Assembly: GCA_964356315.1 (NCBI GenBank)
Contig: CAYHHA010000006.1
Span: 1 to 63,646 of the forward strand
Origin: an uncultured Gammaproteobacteria bacterium
GTDB taxonomy: Bacteria; Patescibacteriota; Microgenomatia; UBA10105; UBA927
Length of the DNA: 63,646 nucleotides
Direction of reading: 5' to 3'
In this document: one piece after another, positions 63,394-63,646 of the stretch
How positions within the stretch are numbered: the stretch's first letter is position 1
How the letters are laid out: each line of letters begins with the position of its first letter
The notes under the pieces: generated by a model
Databases searched by the model: none
What the model saw: only the letters and a program-made list of their open reading frames with translations
Told to the model about the DNA's origin: nothing
Position numbers and translations under genes: made by a program

Positions 63394-63646
63394 GATCCAT
63401 CATCCACCATCCAAGACTCTAACCTCTAACCTCTAATCTCTAATCTCTAATCTCACTTTTGTTCTTCTAAGCTACTTCCAGTTTACTAAGCTACAAAGCT
63501 ACTTTTTCCCTAACCTCTAATCTCTAATCTCACTTTTGTTCTTCTAAGCTACTTCCAGTTTACTAAGCTACAAAGCTACTTTTTCCCTAACCTCTAAGCC
63601 ACTAAGCCACTAAGCCACTAAGCCACTAAGCCACTAAGCCACTAAG
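63394..63646. repeat. Nested tandem repeats running to the window edge: heptamers, a 77-nt unit x2 and octamers
   Basis: GATCCATCATCCACCATCCA (63394-63413). CTCTAAC/CTCTAAT x5 (63417-63451). 63452-63520 is identical to 63529-63597 (period 77). GCCACTAA x6 (63598-63645) is cut by the window end. Confidence 0.9.

Noticed and set aside
63417-63646. Possible CRISPR array at the window end
   Set aside because: The repeats are head-to-tail with periods of 7, 8 and 77 nt and there are no unique spacers. No cas genes are nearby.

Overview
63.6-kb window from an AT-rich bacterial genome. The gene content (DUF4012 protein, FemX, compact RecO, one co-directional division/peptidoglycan supercluster) resembles Patescibacteria/CPR; this is an inference and was not verified. 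All domain calls come from motifs read by eye in the ORF translations; no searches were run.

The window has three parts.

(1) 1-21254, accessory DNA. Two related tyrosine-integrase elements are stacked head-to-tail in the 3' end of ftsZ.
- A 23-nt identical core (4904-4926 and 21262-21284) lies inside a 30-nt segment that encodes the FtsZ C-terminal peptide IPAFLRQKR-stop in both copies.
- Element B (4927-21254, about 16.3 kb) carries an integrase, a replication module (wHTH initiator-like protein plus DnaB-C-like ATPase), a wHTH regulator and about 11 kb of cargo.
- The cargo comprises a TM protein / M48 protease / TM zinc-ribbon operon behind a leader terminator, a membrane-anchored DUF2726 protein, a membrane-anchored PIF1-like helicase next to a Cys-rich possible HEPN protein, a secreted thermonuclease-Excalibur protein, an HD (SpoT-like) hydrolase and a membrane-anchored DUF3883 protein. 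No virion, conjugation or transposase genes are present.
- Element A (left end undefined, right end 4926) is a small sibling with three small genes and an integrase.
- Left of element A lie a signal-peptidase-I-like protein with both catalytic dyad residues replaced and a TPR tail, and a mosaic repeat family.

(2) 21255-46307, a 25-gene minus-strand run: mraZ-rsmH-ftsL-ftsI-murE-pgeF-murC-murB-murA-NTP transferase-hydrolase-murF-DegT-MBL-DUF360-femX-dgkA-mraY-murI-murD-ftsW-murG-ftsQ-ftsA-ftsZ. MurF has a polytopic membrane N-terminus and MurE is short.

(3) 46308-63646: glyQS, recO and a surface-glycan cluster (DUF4012, priming sugar transferase, ManC-like, GT4/GT2 enzymes, GT-C-like membrane enzymes, acetyltransferase). 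Two intergenic regions of the cluster hold related microsatellite arrays, and the window ends inside nested 7-, 8- and 77-nt tandem repeats.

No rRNA, tRNA or CRISPR array could be supported.
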